Source: Woeseia sp.
Lineage (GTDB): Bacteria; Pseudomonadota; Gammaproteobacteria; Steroidobacterales; Woeseiaceae
Assembly: GCA_046756445.1 (NCBI GenBank)
Contig: JBHHWI010000001.1
Span: forward strand, 7,348-71,347
Direction: 5' to 3'
Length of the DNA: 64,000 nucleotides
Within the stretch, counting starts at the first letter, position 1. Each line of letters opens with the position of its first letter. The notes beneath the pieces are model-generated. The model was given only the letters and a program-made list of their open reading frames with translations. It did not search any database and was not told the DNA's origin. Position numbers and translations under genes: made by a program. Positions 59,100 to 64,000 of the stretch are shown here, piece after piece.

Positions 59100-60620
59100 T
59101 CAGTTGCCTGCCAAAGCCTTGAACCGGCTGAGTTCGACGAGCCGGTAACCCGTGTACCGCCCCAAGAGCATCACTGCGGCGAGAATGACCAGCAGCAACT
59201 CAGGGAAATTAAATACGATGTGCTCGAGCCAATTCATGCCCATGGCGAGGTAGGCGAATATCGCGACGATGAGGCTGCCGGCGCCCGCTCGCATCGCGTC
59301 GGTCGGGCCTCGCTCTTCCCAGACGACCGACATGCGCTCGATCGTCATCGCGATGATGACCATCGGAAAGAGGGCAACGGAGAGACCGGTCTCCATCCCC
59401 AGCTTGTGCGAGACGACGCTTATCACGAGCATCAGCAGTACCACGACGATCAGGACGGCGCCAAGCCGTGGCACGAGCAATAGCCTGAGGCGCTCGAGGA
59501 AGAAGCGAATGCTCAAGCCCAGGGTCACGAGTAACGTGAACAGGATGACTCCCCAGAACAGCTGCGTCTCGCGGAAAGAAAGGGCGATCAACACAGGCAT
59601 GAATGTGCCGAAAGCATCGATGCCGACGACATTGCGAAGAAAAACCATGACCAGCGCACCGATCGGGATCATAAGCAACACGGCGTACACCGCCTGGGTC
59701 GAGATCGGCAGGCTGAACAGGGAAAAGTCGACCAGCCCGGACAGCTCTGCTGCCGCACGTTGTTCCGCAATGGCGATTGAATCGAGGTGATTCTTTTGCA
59801 CGGCAAAATTCACCTCGACGTTGCTGCCACCCTCGACCCTGACGAGCGGTTCGCTGCCGCGCCACCAGATCAGGTAACGATCCGGCAGGCTTTCTTCGCC
59901 GGTATTCGGATTGAAGTAGCGCCACCGGTCCCCGTCGTGGATCTCGAGCCACGGCAGCGGTTCGACTCGGCGCTGCTGATCCTGCAGCACGATACCGCGG
60001 ATCATCCGCGCGGGTATCCGCGCCGACGCCAGAATGGTCGTTATTGTCTGCACGAAGTGGGCCGAGCTTTCCGCTTCAGCAAAAAGCAGTTCGACATTGG
60101 CATCGGGCGACGGGTCGTTAACAAGGCGCAGTAACTCGGTTGCAAATGACGACGCATCCGCCGAGTGTTCCCGCACGTCGGAGACAATGACATTGACCGC
60201 CGTCTTGAAGGGTTCGTTGATGACAGGCGGTGGCGGGAACGGCGGTGTCGTGTCCGACTGATCGCTACCCGTATCTTCATACACGACGCGACGGTAATAG
60301 AGGGTCTGTGGGCCGTCGGAACGGCGCACGGCCCATTGCGCCTCCCGCCCACCGCTGACGTAGTTGAGGCTGAATCCGTATCCCTTCGATACGTTGTACT
60401 CGCGCAGCATGCGAAAGCCGGGCGTCAGCGTCGGAATCTGAAGGTTCGCCTTGATCGAGCCCGGCCCGCTATCGAAATGAATCGATGTCTCAACCGTCCA
60501 TACCGGAGTCTTCTGATTATCCGTGACGGGGAACCCGAGCACCTGCCACTTATACATAAAAATCGAGAGGCCGATCGTCGTGAGTATCGCGGCCAGGGCA
60601 AATACGTATCGCAAGGTCAT
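59100..60620 (-). CDS. inactive transglutaminase-like domain fused to a 7-TM module (UUP1-type membrane protein)
   Basis: 506 aa: N-terminal TM segment, an extracytoplasmic ~270-aa domain with a transglutaminase-like ...SAHFVQTITTILASARIPARMIRG (Ala where the catalytic Cys would be), then 7 predicted TM helices. 4-nt overlap with ubiI. Confidence 0.75.
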   Translation of the reverse strand: MTLRYVFALAAILTTIGLSIFMYKWQVLGFPVTDNQKTPVWTVETSIHFDSGPGSIKANLQIPTLTPGFRMLREYNVSKGYGFSLNYVSGGREAQWAVRRSDGPQTLYYRRVVYEDTGSDQSDTTPPFPPPPVINEPFKTAVNVIVSDVREHSADASSFATELLRLVNDPSPDANVELLFAEAESSAHFVQTITTILASARIPARMIRGIVLQDQQRRVEPLPWLEIHDGDRWRYFNPNTGEESLPDRYLIWWRGSEPLVRVEGGSNVEVNFAVQKNHLDSIAIAEQRAAAELSGLVDFSLFSLPISTQAVYAVLLMIPIGALVMVFLRNVVGIDAFGTFMPVLIALSFRETQLFWGVILFTLLVTLGLSIRFFLERLRLLLVPRLGAVLIVVVLLMLVISVVSHKLGMETGLSVALFPMVIIAMTIERMSVVWEERGPTDAMRAGAGSLIVAIFAYLAMGMNWLEHIVFNFPELLLVILAAVMLLGRYTGYRLVELSRFKALAGN

Positions 60621-61825
60621 CGCGTATTAATCCCGAGGGCTACCTGCACGGCGTGTTCCCGAATCGGCCCGCTTCTGTTGAAGAGCCGCATGCCGCTGCC
60701 GCGTAGCTTCTCGATTGAAGACGACCCGGATGAGAAGAGGCGGTTCAGGCTGTCGACGAAGTAAAGCATCGTCGAGTTGGCGCCCTTGCGGGCGCGTTCA
60801 TAGCGACGCAACACGGGCAGGTCTCCCGGATGCTGCCCCTCACCGATGGCACTGTCGATGACGCTGACCAGTTTCGCCGCATCGGCCAGGCCGAGGTTTG
60901 CGCCCTGTCCCGCAAGCGGATGAACCGCGTGCGCCGCGTCGCCGATGAGCGCGAGACCGGGGCACGCGTACTTGCTCGCGTGCTGCGCCTTGAGTGGGAA
61001 AGACCCCCGCGGACCTTCGGGCGTGAGCTGCCCGAGCACAAAGTCGCTTGCTTCGCTCAGCATCACCGACAATTCGTCGTCTGACGCCGCCATCGCAAGC
61101 TCTGCCTGTCGCGGGCTCGTCGACCACACGACGGACACCCGACCGTCGGCAAGCGGCAACAGGGCAACGGGGCCGCTGCGCAGGAAGCGTTGCCACGCCG
61201 TGTGCCGGTGACAGAATTCCGGCCGCAGGTGAGTCACGAATGCGGTCTGTGGATAGCGCCAGGCATCGACGGAGATATTGGCGCACCGGCGAACAACTGA
61301 GCCCGCCCCGTCGGCGCCGATGACGAGGTCTGCGGTGATACCCCTGCCAGTCTCGACATCGACGGAGAACCGATCCTTCGATTTCATCATTGACTTGATC
61401 GGCGTTTCGAATAGCACCGACTGATCGACCAAGTCGAGCTTTCCGAGCAGCGCGTGCCGTATCAGCTTGTTCTCGACGATGAAGCCGAGCTCGGCAACGG
61501 CAAATTCGGCTGCATCGAAGTGAAGCGTGTCGGGCCCATCGGCGCAGCCGCTCGAATCCCACACCCGCATGCCGCGATACGGGCAGGCACGTCCATTCTC
61601 GATCGCCTTCCAGACACCGATCGATGCAAGAATATCTGTCGAACCCGATGCAATTGCGGACACACGGAGTGAAATGTCGCTCGATATATCGAAATCCGGT
61701 CTCGTGCCTGCGTCAATGACCGTGACGTTCATCTGCGCCCGGTGTTTGCTATGCGCCAGCAGTGCAGCGGCCGTCAGTCCGGTAATGCCGGCGCCGACGA
61801 CGACGATGTCGTATGTGCGGTTCAC
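60617..61825 (-). CDS. ubiI: UbiH/UbiF/VisC/COQ6-family ubiquinone biosynthesis hydroxylase
   Basis: 402 aa with FAD motifs (DIVVVGAGITGLTAA, LIGDAAHAVHPLAGQGANLG). Positioned after ubiH, as visC is in E. coli. Confidence 0.88.
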   Translation of the reverse strand: MNRTYDIVVVGAGITGLTAAALLAHSKHRAQMNVTVIDAGTRPDFDISSDISLRVSAIASGSTDILASIGVWKAIENGRACPYRGMRVWDSSGCADGPDTLHFDAAEFAVAELGFIVENKLIRHALLGKLDLVDQSVLFETPIKSMMKSKDRFSVDVETGRGITADLVIGADGAGSVVRRCANISVDAWRYPQTAFVTHLRPEFCHRHTAWQRFLRSGPVALLPLADGRVSVVWSTSPRQAELAMAASDDELSVMLSEASDFVLGQLTPEGPRGSFPLKAQHASKYACPGLALIGDAAHAVHPLAGQGANLGLADAAKLVSVIDSAIGEGQHPGDLPVLRRYERARKGANSTMLYFVDSLNRLFSSGSSSIEKLRGSGMRLFNRSGPIREHAVQVALGINTR

Positions 61826-63066
61826 TCGAGCGGCACCCCGCGGGATAGCCTGGGCAGCCGTCCGGCGAGACCCATCATGTGCCTGGCGAAAAGCGATCGG
61901 ACCCCGGGCACGAGATCGAAGCCCAGCATCCCCAGGTTTCTAAGCAGCCCTACCGGCGCAATCGCGCTACCGAACAGGCGAACGATGCCGTCGGTGATGC
62001 GTACGAGCTTGCTCTGATCGGCGCGCCGCCAGTCGGCGAATCTGTCCAGGATGGCCGCGTGGCCGGCGTCGAAAACAGCACCCGGCCCGGGCCGTGCGTC
62101 GGCAATGCAATCCGACAAGGCTGCGACATCCCGTAATCCGAGATTGAATCCCTGGGCGGCAACCGGGTGCAGTCCGTGCGCGGCATTGCCGACCAGTACG
62201 CATCGCCCCGCCACGAGCCTGCTTGCCTTGCTCAGGGCCAGCGGATATGCAGCCCTGCGCCCGACCCGCGAGAATCTACCCAGGCGCCAACCGAAAACCT
62301 CCTGTAACTCCCTGGTGAATGCCTCGTCGGTGAGTTGCATGACTTCGTCTGCTTTGGCAGGCGGCAAAGTCCATACGAACGCCGCGCGGTCGTCGGCCAC
62401 CGGCAGCAACGCGAGTGGGCCGCTGTCGGTGAATCGCTCGAAAGCGCGATTCATCGGCGGTATCTCCGGGCGCAAATTGCCGACCACGGCGAGTTGGTCG
62501 TAATCGACGCGCGAAGCGCCGATTCCGGCCAGTTTACGGACTATCGAGTTTGCCCCGTCGGCAGCGACCAGCAGTTTGCAGTTCAGACCTTGTGATTTAC
62601 CGTCCGGCTTCTCGATGCAGACGGTCGTCAAGTCCTTGCCGATGCTGACGGCAGTCACTTTGCCGGGGCAAATTGTCTCGAGTCCGGCGGCCTCGTCCAG
62701 CGCCTCGCGGAGTACTCCGCCGAGTGCGTGATTGATGACGACATAGCCCAATGCATCGACACCCTGTTGATCCGCATCGATATGTGAAAACCCGAAGCGT
62801 CCTTTATCGGACACGTGAATGCTCGTGATCGGCGTCGAGCAATCTTCGATCTTCGGCCAAATGCCGATCGCAACGAACATCCGCTGGCTGCTGCGCGACA
62901 AGGCCGTCGAGCGGTCGTCGAAACTCGGCTGACTTGCGTCACCGCGCGCGACGGCCTCGACCACGGCAATACGCAGACCGAGCGGCGTCAGCGCCACGGC
63001 CAGGCTGCTGCCGATCATGCCGCCACCGGCAATGACGATGTCGTAGTCGTGTGTTTCCCGGGTCAT
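61822..63066 (-). CDS. ubiH: 2-octaprenyl-6-methoxyphenol hydroxylase
   Basis: 414 aa (DIVIAGGGMIGSSLA, LVGNAAHGLHPVAAQGFNLG). pepP-ubiH-ubiI order. Confidence 0.88.
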   Translation of the reverse strand: MTRETHDYDIVIAGGGMIGSSLAVALTPLGLRIAVVEAVARGDASQPSFDDRSTALSRSSQRMFVAIGIWPKIEDCSTPITSIHVSDKGRFGFSHIDADQQGVDALGYVVINHALGGVLREALDEAAGLETICPGKVTAVSIGKDLTTVCIEKPDGKSQGLNCKLLVAADGANSIVRKLAGIGASRVDYDQLAVVGNLRPEIPPMNRAFERFTDSGPLALLPVADDRAAFVWTLPPAKADEVMQLTDEAFTRELQEVFGWRLGRFSRVGRRAAYPLALSKASRLVAGRCVLVGNAAHGLHPVAAQGFNLGLRDVAALSDCIADARPGPGAVFDAGHAAILDRFADWRRADQSKLVRITDGIVRLFGSAIAPVGLLRNLGMLGFDLVPGVRSLFARHMMGLAGRLPRLSRGVPLE

Positions 63067-64000
63067 GCAGCCATCAGATTCTCGATATCATCCGCTTCTT
63101 TTACGAGGCCCTTGCTGAGGACGTCCGGACCCGTGTTGGTTACGGCGACATCGTCTTCGATGCGAACGCCTATATTACGCCAGCGGGCGGGTACTTTGCG
63201 GCTTGCCGGGATGTAAATTCCCGGCTCGACGGTCATGACCATGCCGGACTCGAGCAGGCGCCATTCGTCACCGACCTTGTAATCACCTACGTCATGCACG
63301 TCCATGCCGATCCAGTGCCCGGTTCGATGCATGAAGAACTGCCGGTAAGCGCCCTCGCGCAGGAGTCGGGGCAATGAGCCTTCGAGGAGCCCGTTCTTCC
63401 TGAGCCCGCGGGTAATCACCCGCACCGCCGCATCATGCGGGTCATTCCAGTGATTGCCCTTGCAGGTCTTTCCTATGGCGGCCAGCTGCGCTTCGAGGAC
63501 AATCTCGTAGATCTCCCTTTGCGCAGGTTCAAAGCGCCCGCTAACGGGGACCGTTCGGGTCACGTCAGACGCGTAGTAGTCATACTCGCAGCCTGCATCG
63601 ATCAGCAGCAACTCCCCGTTCGCGAGCCGCGCATTGTTGTCGATGTAGTGCAGCGTGCAGGCATTGATGCCCGTGCCTACGATGGGCGGGTAGGAGATCG
63701 TCGCACCCCGGCGGCGAAACTCGTGGACGTACTCGGCCTCGACCTCGTACTCGAACATGCCCGGCTGAACGATTGCGATCGCTCTTTTGTGCGCGCTGAC
63801 AGTAATCTTGGCGGACCTGCGCATCGCGGAGATCTCTGCGCGACTCTTGTACAGGCGCATGTCGTGCAGAATGTGATCCAGTGCGACGAACTCATCCGGC
63901 GTGTGGATGCCTTTCGCGTTTCGCGAGCGAAGTGACCTTACCCAATCGGCCATGCGGCGATCGAAATCAGTGTATGCGCCCATCGTGTAATAGACGCTGC
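63063..64000 (-). CDS. pepP: Xaa-Pro aminopeptidase, C-terminal catalytic part (gene continues beyond the window end)
   Basis: Pita-bread fold motifs (DAGCEYDYYASDVTRT, HRTGHWIGMDVHD, TVEPGIY, RIEDDV). The frame stays open through nt 64000. Confidence 0.92.
   Translation of the reverse strand, partial: SVYYTMGAYTDFDRRMADWVRSLRSRNAKGIHTPDEFVALDHILHDMRLYKSRAEISAMRRSAKITVSAHKRAIAIVQPGMFEYEVEAEYVHEFRRRGATISYPPIVGTGINACTLHYIDNNARLANGELLLIDAGCEYDYYASDVTRTVPVSGRFEPAQREIYEIVLEAQLAAIGKTCKGNHWNDPHDAAVRVITRGLRKNGLLEGSLPRLLREGAYRQFFMHRTGHWIGMDVHDVGDYKVGDEWRLLESGMVMTVEPGIYIPASRKVPARWRNIGVRIEDDVAVTNTGPDVLSKGLVKEADDIENLMAA

Overview
This is a 64-kb chromosomal segment from a GC-rich genome (roughly 60% GC by eye). 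Gene order resembles Gammaproteobacteria such as Pseudomonas or E. coli. About 66 protein genes are tightly packed, and many starts and stops overlap. I found no rRNA, tRNA, CRISPR array, IS element or integrase. Core blocks, in order: hemA-prfA / prmC-ppiB-moeB; sahR-metF-metH; hslO; gatCAB divergent from mreBCD-mrdA-rodA-mltB-rlpA-dacA-ybeD-lipB; murU-amgK divergent from lptD-surA-pdxA-rsmA-apaG-apaH; kmo; folA-thyA-lgt; a group of metabolic genes; a glycine-cleavage operon (gcvT-H-PA-tpx-PB) behind a tandem glycine riboswitch with an intrinsic terminator; and pepP-ubiH-ubiI. The only clearly accessory DNA is a 2.5-kb lower-GC islet at 25.8-28.4 kb, between lipB and murU. It holds small envelope proteins and a ParE-type toxin/antitoxin pair. 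Two 103/104-bp imperfect-hairpin repeats with attC-like ends (GCCTAAC...GTTAGGC) bracket that pair. This looks like an integron-type cassette array with no integrase in the window. A second candidate is an uncharacterised pair: a RimK-like ATP-grasp ligase and an inactive-transglutaminase/7TM protein. The pair is translationally chained to ubiI and sits with a convergent DUF885 gene inside the otherwise conserved pepP-ubiH-ubiI-gcvTHP neighbourhood. Other points: a SahR regulator with a 20-bp AT-rich palindrome at its start codon; conserved N-termini of pdxA and amgK that lie upstream of any ATG/GTG/TTG; prfA and prmC separated by two PLP enzymes; and a class-IV aminotransferase / sulfotransferase-like / class-IV aminotransferase operon. 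All calls rest on reading the translations and the DNA. No database search was run.
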